A DNA stretch of 50,137 bases, counting the filler, from Streblomastix strix (taxonomy: Eukaryota), in the NCBI GenBank assembly GCA_008636045.1. It is 3 parts of 3 records of this genome, joined end to end, with 100 filler letters (N's around TTAATTAATTAA, not from the genome) between each part and the next. Parts side by side here need not be neighbours in the genome. Positions count along the whole stretch, not along the records: positions 1 to 16,656 come from SNRW01000778.1; positions 16,757 to 33,404 come from SNRW01000779.1; 1 more part is not named here. One strand, 5' to 3'. The translations under genes were made by a program, and so were the position numbers. Shown here piece by piece: positions 12,389 through 26,017 of this stretch. The notes under the pieces are model-generated. The model was not told the origin of the DNA and did not search any database. It was given only the letters and a program-made list of their open reading frames with translations. Every line of letters starts with the position of its first letter. Within the stretch, counting starts at the first letter, position 1.

Positions 12389-14344
12389 ATGAGCTCTATA
12401 GACCGACGCGCGAACGAGAACCTCATTGCTATTCTTGAAGCACAGTTGCGCTTACCAGGGAATCGTTTCTGTGCCGATTGTCATGCTCAAGGTGTAGTTT
12501 TTTAAATTATTTTCTTAAATATTCATATTTTTTCAGGCCCACGCTGGACGAGTACGAACATCGGTATTTACATTTGCCTTTCTTGTAGTGCTATACACCG
12601 TAGCATGGGCACATAATACTCAAAAGTGAAATCTGTGAGTATGGATGCTTGGAGACAGGATCAAGTTGATGTATATTCTGAATTTATTTTCTTATTATTG
12701 AATTCTGTTTGTTTCATATAGTTCATGTTGAAGGTAGGAAATATCAGAGCAAATTCTTTCTGGGAAGCATTTCTGCCTTAGAATATTATCCGACCTACAG
12801 ACACAAGGTTATTTCAACATTTCAATAATATTCTGATTTTCTTACTCTTTCTTTTAATCAGCAAACTTGGAGAGTTTATTCGATACAAATACATAACTCG
12901 TGTTTGGGTCAGAAGAGACATACCAATTCCTCGGTTATATCAACCATTGGGTCCAAATCCACTTCTTCCTTCTTATCTGAGTAATTTGAGAAGCTAAGAT
13001 CCTCCACTAGAATTGATTGGCCTGAATGATGATGAATAATAACAATAAAATAATACATTAAAAGGGAAGAAGAAACAATTGGAAGATGATTCAGAAGAAT
13101 CTGACAAATAGAGTAAAAGAAAAGGAAAGAAAATTCGAAGTAAAAGTGAAGATAATCCAAATGATATTGAAAGAAACAAGAAAAATAAGAAAATAAAAGC
13201 TAAAAAGAATAAGAAGAAGAATGAAGAAAGTTAAAGTGATGAAGAAGAGAAGGAATCTTCATAATAAGAATCAAAAGAAGATTCATCTGAATAAAATGAA
13301 AGTTCAAGCAATAATGAATCAAAGAAGAAAAAAAATTAAAAATAATCTGCTAAAAAGAAAAAGAAGAAAAGTCGATCTCCAGATGAAATAGCAGATAAAG
13401 AACTTCCTATTTCCACTTCACCCAATTAATAGTTGGTTAATTTCATTCAATACACATCATCTTAATCTTAATCTTCTCCTTAATCTGTATAGTCTACTAA
13501 TTAATTGTATAACATTTCACCAAAGCAAGTTTCAAATGTTTTATTGGAACCAAAGATTAATGCTTAAAATTCAACCAATTAAGATAAAAGAACAAAAGAA
13601 GGGTAAGATAAAAAAGGAGAAAAAAAGAATAATAAATAAAAGAAGAATAAAAAGAAGAAAGAAGAAAGTGATTCTGATGAAGATGAAGATGAATCAACAG
13701 TCAGTGATAATTCAGATAGTAACAATGATAATTCAGAAGATAGTGATGGAAAATTGAAGAACCCCCAAAAGAAATAAACTCAAAAAGAGAATTAAATATT
13801 TGCTCCTAGTAATTCATCCTCATAAATTAAGAGTAAATAACCTTCAGTTTCATCTCCTACAAATACTCCATCATAATCATAATCCCCATATCCATCAATA
13901 TCTCCTTTGAATCAGAATCGCTCTTCCCCATCTGCATAATAATAGCCTTCATTACTTTTATCTGGATAAATACCATATCAACTTCCTATTCAAGATCATT
14001 CTATACAGAATTAGAATATTAACAATGAGCAGAATAGATCAAATGCTGGTCAATCTATTGGTGCTCCTATACCTATTTTTATTGAGAGTGGTAATATATA
14101 TGGTTCTCCTATTGATACTTCAGGGAAAGGAATTAATTAAACAAAACCAAAAGATTTTTTTGAGATTATTACAATGAGCCAATCTCCGCATATAACACCA
14201 TCGAATCAATAATAGGCAAAAGATTCAAAATTATCATCTTTGACGTCAAATTCGCCTGGATTGACTAATGAAAGTAAGCCTGGATAAGCATCAAAAGGAC
14301 CTTCTCAAGCAGAAAAAAATATGCTTCTATCACTATTTACATGA
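12389..14344 (+). CDS. ArfGAP (SMAP/AGD5-like) with a long K/E/S-rich tail
   Basis: [36 protein letters not shown]...[10 protein letters not shown]...[10 protein letters not shown]...FIRYKY. Three short introns (~12492, ~12671, ~12808). C-terminal [10 protein letters not shown]. Confidence 0.93.
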
Positions 14345-14532
14345 TCTTTTATACATATGAGGTTTTATATCTATTCATTTTAGCTTTTTCAGAGTGAAAT
14401 TTATTTTTTGAATCAGTTTTAAATTTATGAATTGTAAAATATAATGTAATTCTGACTATGGTAGACAAGTTAAAAGATTTTGCCTTACAAAATTGATTCT
14501 AAACATATAATATTTTTTAATATATAGAATTA

Positions 14533-17500
14533 ATGCTTAGTCCTTAAAAAACTTCTACAGATCAGAGTCCTCCGTAATCACCGACGAAATAAACGGTATT
14601 TAAAAATTAAATTTTAAACTACTCATATCTTCCTCATTATTTTTATTTTTGTATGTACGTTATATTTATCATAAATTTACTAAATTTACTTCATTTTAAA
14701 AGAAAAATTAAAGAATATTACATGACGATGATGACGAAGATGTGCAATAAATTTTTGGTGAAATTATAGAAGAAAAATCTATAAATACCCACGAGAGCAA
14801 TATAAAGAATGATTCTTAACCTAGTAAACCTGCAGAAAAGCCAAAAATTCATTTAGAATAACCCAAAAAATCACCACTTAAACCCAAGAAAGGGAAAGAA
14901 AAACCAAAGAAAGTTGAGTTAAAATATAAAAATTAAGAAGAAAAGCCGAAAAAGCCAACTAAAATACAAACTTTATTGCCATTTATACAACTAAAACCAA
15001 AGCAAATCACATAAGTATTGAATATAGTAAATAAAATTGATTGGAAATAAGAGATGCTAAGATTTCTTGGATATTCATAAGATAGAATTGCCAATTTCAG
15101 ACCATGGGCACCACCTAACTCAGCAATTAGTCGTTTAGCTTCAGCAAAACCAGGAAGATCACCAAGTTATGTTTATTGGAACGAAAAATCATTTGATCTT
15201 ATAACTAAAAACGAAAAAGAATAAAACCAATAAAATAAAACCAGCGATAATATAATACATTTAAGGAATGTAAGACAAAAGAAGAAAATAGGGGCACTGA
15301 ACAAGTTTAAATAAATGAAATAAAATCATTTGAAGATGTTTTTGTATGAACCATAAGAAGATTATTCATAAGAGGAAAATAAGATTAATGAATAAGAAAA
15401 TGAAGAACTTAAAGACATTCCTGAAAACATCGAATAAAAAGAAAATGAGATTTAATAAATGATTGTTGATAAAGAAACTGATGAGAATATTAATGTAGTT
15501 TAAATGGATTAATTAGCTTAGTCTGATACTAATGACATAACAGGTTCAGTTTCTGAGAAAGCTTTATTTCAACTTAACTCATATTTAGTATAGAAAGGTT
15601 CATAAGTTAAATATGAATCATATCCAAAATGTAAAGTTCATTCAAATTCAGAAAATGAATTGCAACATAATTGGATCTTCAATCCATTTACATCCATTAG
15701 AACCGATGCAAAATAATCCAAATCAAATATCAAAAATTCTGCAGGAAATTTATTAGAGGATAAAAAATAAGGAGAAAACGAAGCATTGATTTCAGTTCAA
15801 ACTGAAGAATTTGAATCAGATTGTGCTGCTCTAAACATTGAATAACTCATAAATGCTGTGATGAATACAGGACTTCCTGGTTCAAATAGAAAATAGGGAT
15901 AAACAGTTGATAATAAGATTGAAAGAATAAATACATCTGCCAAATCTGAAACATTCAATGATAGTTAATAATAAAGCTAATAAAAAGGAAATGATTAAAT
16001 TACTCAATAATCATCATTAATATAAATTCAATCCTAATCGCATCCATCCACTTCATCTTCTTAATAGTCTTCTAATATTACAAATATCATTTCAAATGCA
16101 TCTCCATAAGCTACAGAATTCATGTCACATTTCACTTGGCGTTGTTTAATTGAGCCTCTTTATGTTTCTGATTTTCCAATTCGTATTCGCTATCCAAAGA
16201 AATCAAAATAATAAGAGAATTAATCATAAATATCTTCATAATTTAGTGAGAATTAAAATATAAAAGGAAATTTTGTATTTGGGGAAACATAGATTGGCTT
16301 TGGTTATGATAACAATGTATAGAATGATTTGAATGATGAAAAAGGAGATAATATAAATGAAAGAGTGAATGAATCATAATATGATAATGTTGATGACCAT
16401 GAAAGTGAAGAAAATGAAGATGAATAATAAATTAGAGAGATAAAGAAGAAATATAAAGTTGGAGAAAGGAATATTGATGATGAAGATGAGGAAGAAGAAC
16501 TTACTTTTACAAATATGAAACTTCAAAGACGATATGAGAGAAGGTTGTTGAAAAGAAACTAAAGAAAAGAAAAATATCTCAAATCTGAACAAGAAGGATT
16601 GTTATAATTAGAAGAAGAAAGTGATGATGATGAAGATGATGATGAATAAGATGATANNNNNNNNNNNNNNNNNNNNNNNNNNNNNNNNNNNNNNNNNNNN
16701 TTAATTAATTAANNNNNNNNNNNNNNNNNNNNNNNNNNNNNNNNNNNNNNNNNNNNTGATATTAGACTGTAAAGTAAGGAATTATAGATGAGAAATGACA
16801 TATTTATAAATATAAATATTGCTAAATTTAATGAAAGTATTAAAAATGCTATTCAATTTTCTAATTATAGTCTTTAAAATTCACTTCAATAGAATCAATA
16901 ATCTTTTGAATCTAAAACTGTGGAATAAGAATTACTATCTAAATCCCCATCTTTATTAAACTAAATTCCATTAAATAATTTACTTAACAAATTCAAAAGT
17001 TCTTTTGATGTTGTAATGCATCTTGCAGGAAAATCTGGAGAAATATTAATTGGAACATCAACTCTTTTATTTTGCTCACATAATACATCATGTCAATCAT
17101 ATGTTTAATTTCCTTTCACTTCATTGCCAACTTCAAATGATAATACAACATCTCCACTTCATCCACATTCAAAATATCAGATTAGTATTCCATCATCAGG
17201 ATCAGATCTTGAGATGGCATTCTAAGCTACAGAAATCATTTCACTAATGAGTTAGAGCTTAAAGAAGATCTCAATTCCAAAATCAATTCTTCTTGATGAT
17301 CCAACTCATTTCATTTTCTGCTTCCATAATTCATAATTAGTAAATAAATAATTAAATTTTGGATCTTTGGATAGAAATTACTTATTATCTTCAAGCTGAG
17401 GAATTTAATCTTCAGAAAGAAATTCTTCACAAATTTCAACTCCAAAGAATGCAACTAATATTTATCCTCAAGATGCAGAATCTTTTTTCTTTGGAGAATA

Positions 17501-20500
17501 ACCAGATATAAAATATTAACAATCTCCGATCTTCCATATTCCTCCTCCAAATGAAGCATTTGCACATTCAATTTACATGATTCATTCAAGACACAATTTA
17601 TTCAGACCAAATGGAGAGTACAACTTAAATATATTTCCTGGACCTCCTCCTCAACCAAAACATCCAATTAGTGGATTCAAAATGGGATTTATTTTGGATA
17701 ATAAAAGTGAAATGGATGCAGAAAAACAGATTAAGAATGAAGATGAGAATTAATAACAGGAATCTTTATCGGATATGAGAGTAAAAGATGAATAACAAAG
17801 TTTTATTCAAATTGATTCTTAATTTGATAAAACGTAATTATCATCAAAATAAATTAAGTAAAGTTCGACTTATGTAAATCCTTATTTTAAATAACAGCAG
17901 TAATAATCAACTATTTAATTATCAACAATTTCAAGTAAGAGCTCAAAAATATTTCCAAATTTCACTAGGAACGAATCATTCAAAAGTTTAAAAATAAACA
18001 AAATTATGATAATCAGATAAGATCTGTCAAAAGAAAGCCAAGATCATCTTTATAGTCTTTCAAGACTATCAACTCCTGCTCAATCAGCACGAAGCACATT
18101 GAGAGGGAAATAAAAACGGGATCAAATTTTAAATCAATTTGGAATAGAAAATGCAAAATAATTATCCAATTCACAATCTTAATCATAATCAGACTAATTA
18201 TTGAATTAATCATAAAATACTCAATTACAACAATCTCACAGTGTTATTTAGATCCAGTAATAGAAAGAAACAGATGAAGAAAATGAAGATTATGCTATTA
18301 ATGGAATAAATCTTTATAACTCACATTATATCTTTCTTCCATACTATATTATTTCAAAGCCCATTTCTAACATAAATGAACACTCATTACCATTTCTTAA
18401 TTTACCAATTGAAATTCATTGTGTTGGAGCAGGAGTTATTAGTGATCCTATTCTTCATTATTTTCTTGAATCTCTTTATGCACCTTTTGAACTTCTTCCT
18501 GTTTTAAGATTTCTTTCATCTAAGGCTAAGGATAAAAAAATTGGAAATTAAATTTTAGCATCTGTGGATATTTTTTCAAAGAAAATCGTGAATACATGGG
18601 ATTTTATATAATCATATATATTGCACGATACAATTAAAGATTAATAAACAGAATTTCATAATAATTATAATCAGGATGAATTTGACGAGATTAGATTCTT
18701 ACTACTTGCTCTATCAGCATCATTCTTCATTCATATTTCACATATATCTCTTTCTCCTTCATCTTCTCCAATATTTCAATGTTTTATATCATAAATACCT
18801 CAAATAATCATTGATGAGATAATATCAATTTCGAAAGGATTGATAATCACTGATGCATGTGATGATAAAATCAAGAAATAATCCACACTTATTCAAAATA
18901 ATTAATCTTTGTTGTCCAATTTATTCATTCCAGCTTCATCTATAATACTCACATTAGCGATCACACGAAGTCCACTCCCTGAAGATCATCCAGAATAAAT
19001 TCGTATTTCATAACACCAGTAATAGACATACGAATATAATGATAATATGCTTTTGAGTTAATAAAGATAAAATTCATCATTTAATATTCAGCCAAGAGTA
19101 TCTGCATAATTATTGAATTCAAATCGATCAAATATTCAACCATCTCAATATTCTTATAGACAATCATCTCCAATTTATTCTCCTCGTCAATCTCCAATAT
19201 TTAATACATTAATTTCTCCTAAAATTATAAATAACTAAATGTAAAGAATTTAGTTATTCTAAAGACCTTAATCAGTATGATTTGATTAGGCTTCACATAG
19301 ATCTTATCATTAATAAGCTCCATAATATATTACTGACAATATATAACATCATAATATTGAAGATAAATTTGGTGATAAAGATAAGAATATTAAAGCAGAT
19401 CACGATATAGATTTGCTCAAACACAATTTTTCCATTACAGTTGTAGAAGAATTAATTAAACATATTTTTTCATAGTTAGAGTCTTTCAAACTTATTCTTC
19501 AAACAAAAGTAAAATTTGCTTCGAAAAAAATAAAAATTGTTAAATTTGCAACGTCGAATGAAGTTATACAGAAAAAATAAGAATAATTTGATCCAGATAA
19601 GGATATTCTCATTTCTGTTGTCAATTCAATTTGTATGATGTATCTCAATGCACAGATACTGATTGGTCATCGTCATTAATTCAAGAATTTGATTAGAGAT
19701 ATTATTCTTCTGTGTATTCAACTCTCAGATTATATAATGAAAGAGTGTTTCAATCTTCTTATTCTCATATACAGTTCATATGGAGATTAACCAGAATATG
19801 AAAAAGAAAGAGGAAATATTGGTGAGTGTTTGAATGAATTTGGCGAAGACCTGAGTTGTTTGAAAGGAAAGAAAGTATGTTTTGGAGATATGACTTCTTC
19901 ATCTATTTCATTATCACACACTTATTCATTATACGGGAATAGAGTTGATTATAGTAAGATTCGTGATAGCCATCTTCATTTTGCTGTGCTTCCAATACAA
20001 TGCGAACTCATTCCTGCAACAAGTTTATTCATTATTAAAACATTAGATACCCTAATTAAACCAAATGAATAACAGGATATTTTTACTGATTATAATATGA
20101 AAATTTAAAACTTATTTCTTCTTCAATAGGTATATCGAAGGATATTTATTGAATTTTTACCTTTTATTTAAAAAAATGAATAAATGGTAATAAATTCTGT
20201 TGATAAAATTGACTTACCTTCATTTCATAATCTTTTAAACTAAATATCCACAGAAAACCGATTTGATTCAACTCAACGATCAGGCATTGATTAATTTGTT
20301 TGTCATTTATAGGAAAATAAAGATTAAGTAAATGAAATGTAAATTGAAAATCAGAGCTTATTGAGTACAAATAAAAGAAATGAAGAAGAATCACTCATGA
20401 TCAAGATTGTTGGATGGCTCTATCCAATTGTTCATAGGATGATTAGTTTCATTAAGAGCGTTGGGTAAGCATCATAAATACCGTTATGTTCAAGACATTC

Positions 20501-23500
20501 AATTATTTCATTCTTCAAAGTATCTTTGTAATTAAAAGGAATTGGAAATTAGTAAATTAATTCAATAAAGGATTAAGGAAAAATAAGTGACAGATATTCT
20601 TAGACTGGGGTTGGACATATTGATTTAAAAGGAAAGATTAACTATTCAGAAGATTAGATATTAGCATTGTCAATGTAACCATTTATGCCTGATGCTGAAA
20701 GAGGATTGAAATTATTCATTCATTTATTTTCCTGCTATTAAATATTAGCCAATCCAATTTAAAATGAAATTACTTCAGTTGAATAATGCACACTACAACC
20801 AAAAGAAGCAAATGAATTAGTTAAATATATATCATTGAATCATCAGCAATATGTTTGTGAGATTCTCGATATTGCTCTTAAAACAGTTCAGCTTCTTTCT
20901 CCATTCTTTTCAATCGCCGAAAGATGTCATATTCTTTGGGATTATCTCATTTACATGTCTCTATAAAATGAAATCAAAAAACATTTCTATGAATAATTCC
21001 ATGATTGAAACACTCATTAAACAAATGATACTGAACGGAAGAGAACTTAATCTATTTCCATAGATGTTGATACTTAGAAAAAGCCTGATAATTTTCATTA
21101 AATTATTAAATCTCCAACTCGAACTACAAGTTTAATCCTATAATAAATGCATTAAAGTAAATCTTAATCTTAAATATAACTTTATAAATAAAATAAACAA
21201 ATGAATAATTCTTTTGGATCATTCAATTCTTTTTCTCATAATGATATTCAAGTTCGTGATCTAACATTAAGGATTTTGAGATCAGTTCTATCGCATACAG
21301 CTTCTCGTACTGCTAAAGTTGCATTTGAAGTATTTCCAATCTTAATTCATTTATACATCTCAGAAACAAACTTCACTTAAGATGAAAGGTTGTGTGAATG
21401 TCTCAGTTTATGTCTTTTCATTGAGTTCCGTGCAACACATTCAATATCCAGAGCTGAACGCACAATATTTTCCATCATTTCACTCTTTGCTGCTTCGTCT
21501 TAAGCAGAGGCTGTGATAATGGCTCTTGATATAACTCACTATAAGGCTTATTAGAGTAGTATAGTATAAGGATCAAGATATTCTTAGCCATCTCTTATGC
21601 AATCAAAAACATAGAACGAAATAACTATGTCAAATTCTTCACTTCACCCCTCATCATAAACTCTCAAAACATAAAATAACATTTCACCTCTTCGAAAATC
21701 AATGTTCTCATAAGTTATCCAAGCTCTTCCAATGATACAAATACAAGCAACTCAAGCAAAATCACTCAAAGATGCAATTGATAAAATTACAGCTCTTTTT
21801 TTGAAAGCTACAAAAATCATAAGCAAAATACCTGAACTTTAGGAGAATTAATAATATATATAAACGTTAAATTAAACATAATTTAATTATTCAACAAATA
21901 GCATTTCCAGTTCAATTAATAATAAAAAGGATATTAAAAATAAAAAGAACATAAAAAGAACTCCTAAAAAGAAAAAAAAATTATAAATTGCTTTAAATTA
22001 TCATTCATAAATATTTCCTTCAACTTCTTCATCCTCTAAAAATTCAATTTTTGAATCTGATTCTTCATCTTCATCATTATCATCTTCTTTTTCATTTAAT
22101 TCATCTTCATCATCATCTTCTTCTTCTTCTTCAGAATCAATTTCTTCATCTTCCGATCATTCATTTATTGGCGATCATCCTTCAATTGCTATTCATTAAT
22201 TTAATTATATGATAAAACCATTTGATTTATAAAAAGATTCACTTTTCACAATTCAATGTACTGCAGCTCGTGTTACTTTGCTTGAATATTCAAGTGCATT
22301 TCAGACTATTATTGATTTATCAATGCCTCAAATAGAAGTAGATTCTTCATCTTAATAAAATAATAATTCAAATATTAAATAAGATTTTACTCATCCAATT
22401 GTTGGAGAAGTAAATGAAGATGAATTAACAGTTACATAGAATGATTGGTAATCATTCAATTAAATAGAAGTTAACAATGAGCTTACTTATGGCTTCAAAC
22501 TCACAATGAATGAAAATATTGAGTAAAAGAAAGTGTAATCCAAAGATTCAAATTTATATTTAAAATAAGATAACAAAGAAGACACATTGAGAGAAGTGCT
22601 CTGGAAACTTATTCGTTGTACAGAAAGAATAAAAGATCCAAGATGTGTTGACTATTCTACTGCCCTTGTGTATTTGGCTGCTTCATCACATCGTAGATAA
22701 GAAATTGGATACATTATGATTGAAAGACTGGAATTAATGAAGAAATTTGGAATAATTGATTAATAAGATGAATTTGAAGAAAAAGATAATGATGCAGGAT
22801 ATGAAGAACACAATTAAAAAGGAAACATGAAAAGATTCTTTTATTTCAATCCAGATTCCATAATTGCAAATGCATCAAAGCGTACAGAAGAACTTAATGA
22901 CCAATCTTATGACAGAGAAAGATAAAGAGATAAAGTTTATACAAATTATATTATGAAGCAAAGATGCAAGTAATATATTAATCTGAATAAATTCTCAAAA
23001 TAATTCATAGTTATTCTTCCGTAACGTCTTGCCCTACTCTGTTAAAATGACTCATTGCTATTCCGTGGTCCATTTTATGCTCTCCGAATTCACAAAAGAA
23101 TAAAGACAGTTACATCTTCTGCAACACTCAATTAATTACTTAATTCTTTTCCAGTTGAACTCAAATCCACATCACCAGATTAAGCAGCAAATGAGAATAT
23201 TCAATCTCCAGAATCACTCACATCTTCTCCAACTGTCTCATAGATCGCATCTGGTGTTAAATCATATAATTCTTCTTTGGCTTCTGAAGATATACATCAG
23301 AATCATATAGAAAATAATACATAGGCTAAATAAGATGATGTAATAACACAAATCTCCATTCATAAACATTATATTCATTCTAGACTCTTTCGTCTCGCTT
23401 CAATCAAGTAATACATCAATAGTGCATTCTTTAATCATGGAAATAATACATAATAATAATTTTCTCCTTATCAATAATCATTTCTTGTGTAAATTCCAAA

Positions 23501-25143
23501 TGAATAAGATTATACACATTTTCATACCAGACAAATTAGTCCAGAAGAAATTGCTGAGATATTATCTGCAATTTCAGATTTATTTGCAGATGCAAGAAAC
23601 TGGACAAGGTTTGTTTAATTATATGCTTTAATAAAGCTTATGTATATTCAAATTATCGAAAACTATTTTGCAATCATTTTATATATTCAATATTTTATTT
23701 ATTTATAATTATTTACTAAATCAGATCTCTTTGGTCTAATGGAGCTTGTCTTTCTGTTGTAGGCTCCAATCTTGACATCTTTTCTGAGAGAACAATTGCA
23801 ATTTTATGCAAAAAAGCTGAATATCTATCTCAAAGACTGGATATAACATCACATGTTTGGATTCCTACCTCTTACTACTATATTAAATTATAAGGAGATG
23901 GTTTCCCAGCAGATATTCGTGGAACAGAATATATTTACACTACAAAGATTGGGGAGTCATTTGAACAGTTTATCCAACGAATTCAACATACATTTTCTGG
24001 ATCTACAATTATCACACCATCACAAAAATTGGCTCCAATTGATCTTGGCCGCCTTATCCAGGTAATGGATGCATACCCAGCATCTGAATATTAATCATAT
24101 AGAGTGGAATCTAATAGAAAGAATAATCAACTGACAGATGAATAAATATAATAATAGTAAATATAGTTCAACAAAGACATGCAATCTGAACATTCATCTT
24201 TCTTCTTCTACTGCAGAATGGATGAAGAAGATGAATTTGATTACATTAAAAAAGAAACCAAGAAAATTGTAGATTCGTGTACATAAGTTGTTGCTGGTAC
24301 AGAATCAAAGCTCGACAATCTTTTTAAGTTAGATCCAATTGTATATCGCATTGTTGTATCTACAAAATCTCCACTTCCGGGACATGCTGATAGAGTTTAA
24401 GTATAAAAGAAGTTCAAAATTCCAACATATTGCGATGAAGCTAATATAGATTATCTAACACTGCTTTATCGTAGGTTCACTACGATAATGTCTATTGCAT
24501 AGAAATCTAGTTCTATTTTAGCAGCTTCTGAATGTCCTGTAAACCTGGACTTCTTTTTGCCACTTTCATATTCATCAGCTGGAATAACTTTATCATCAAA
24601 ATAATCACCCTCCACATCTGTTTAAAATAATTCTTCAGACTAAACAACCAATCTTACAAGGCTGTTATTATGGTCAGTTGAAGATACAATGAAACTATTC
24701 AACACAGAAACAGCAGCTGTTGGACTTACCAGAGCAAATCGCCTTTGTTTTAGCGCCAGAATCCGTAATAAGCAATTGTCTGATTTCATTGATAATATAA
24801 GAGCTAGAGTATTAATTTATTAAAATGGAATTCGTGAATAATAAGGTCTTCCTAAACTAGATATTAATGAAATATAGAGTCTTCCAATGCCAGATACTGG
24901 TAAATATTGGGTGCAATTAGATGATTTCAGTATGAAAATTATTGTTATTTTTTTAATAATTATCTCTTCTTTCTTTATAATCAAGTTAAAAATATTATAA
25001 AAACAATTTATTCAGTATGTTCTTTTATTGAAAAACGACTTGGAAAGGATGGCGGAATTGGAAAGAAGATAGAAAAATTTAGATCTCTTACGATGGGTAT
25101 TGAAAATTATATTGTGATGCGGGAGACAGCATCTGATAAATGA
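14533..25143 (+). CDS. Divergent DOCK-family Rho GEF (DHR-1 C2-like and DHR-2/DOCKER-like regions), with an assembly gap and three in-frame TGA
   Basis: ATG 14533; introns 14596-14702, 23609-23724, ~24930-24985; gap 16657-16756. DHR-1-like KISIPKSILLDDPTHFIFCFH...GEYNLNIF...SDPILHYFL. DHR-2-like YYYIKLQGDGFPADIRGTEYIY...FEQFIQRI...LIQVMDAYP...RIVVSTKSPLP. Joining the two sides of the gap into one gene is inferred. Confidence 0.72.
16657..16756. other. Assembly gap with artificial linker (N44-TTAATTAATTAA-N44)
   Basis: Symmetric N runs around a standard-code six-frame stop linker, total 100 nt. Confidence 0.97.
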
Positions 25144-25511
25144 TATAAATTTTAACTCTGCAATTTAATAATAAATAATTAATTTTAATTTATTATATTC
25201 AATCCCATGACAGGTTTAAAAAAGCCAATCTTAAAATAATTCAGTTTGGAGACAAAGTAGTCATTCTACTAATAATTATACGAATAATGATTATTTATTT
25301 CGAAATATCCGAAACAATCGAAAAATAACATTCGCATATTGCCTAAAATTGAATTTTGAAATTTAACACATAATAATGACTTATAAATTGAAATTTTAAA
25401 GCATTTTCTAAGATAATATATCAATTTAAATATAAATCATAGTCCATATCAAATATGTACTAACGAAAATGAACAATTATCGTATTTTATTTATTTTGCA
25501 AATAACAAGCC

Positions 25512-25937
25512 ATGGAACAACCTAATTCAAGTTCAAAGTCCAAAAAAGTTCGACGTACATCACCTTCACCAGATGAACATCAGGATATCAACGCATCTGT
25601 TAATGAACAATAACACGCCGAAGACAGCTGGAAATCTCAACTTGCAGAGCGAGTCGAAGAGCTGAATAATCGCTATGATGCTGTAACATAGAGTTTGGTA
25701 CTTTATTCTGCAAATTTTCTCATTTTTTCTGTAGCATTGTAGGGCGAACTGTCCGATTTGTTCATCGCATTTTTTGCGAAGCTAGCAGAATTACACAGTC
25801 AGAACATTCAAGGAGTCTGCGATAGCATCGCTGAAGTCGAAAATGTCGAGTAGGCAGGGCAGATGATTGAAGGAGATCTCAACAATGTGAAAAACGTAAC
25901 GAGCTCACTTGCTGCCAGCTTGTTGACCGAGTCTTGA
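25512..25937 (+). CDS. Small hypothetical coiled-coil protein (~125 aa)
   Basis: MEQPNSSSKSKKVRRTSPSP...WKSQLAERVEELNNRYDAV, intron ~25698-25742, then GELSDLFIAFFAKLAELH...LLTES*. GC-richer than its flanks. Confidence 0.75.
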
Positions 25938-26017
25938 CGGCTCGAGAGTATTGTGAATAGATGTTTTACATTTATTAAATTGTTTAATTGGTTTCTTATT
26001 GAAGTGAAAAAAATCTT

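Noticed and set aside
16701..16712. TTAATTAATTAA palindrome (also 33449-33460) as a biological motif
   Set aside because: Centred in symmetric N padding; an artificial contig linker.
17397..21008. Selenocysteine as the explanation for the internal TGAs
   Set aside because: Sites are in low-complexity non-redox contexts of a DOCK-like protein and I see no SECIS-like hairpin in the AT-rich 3' flank; not formally excluded.
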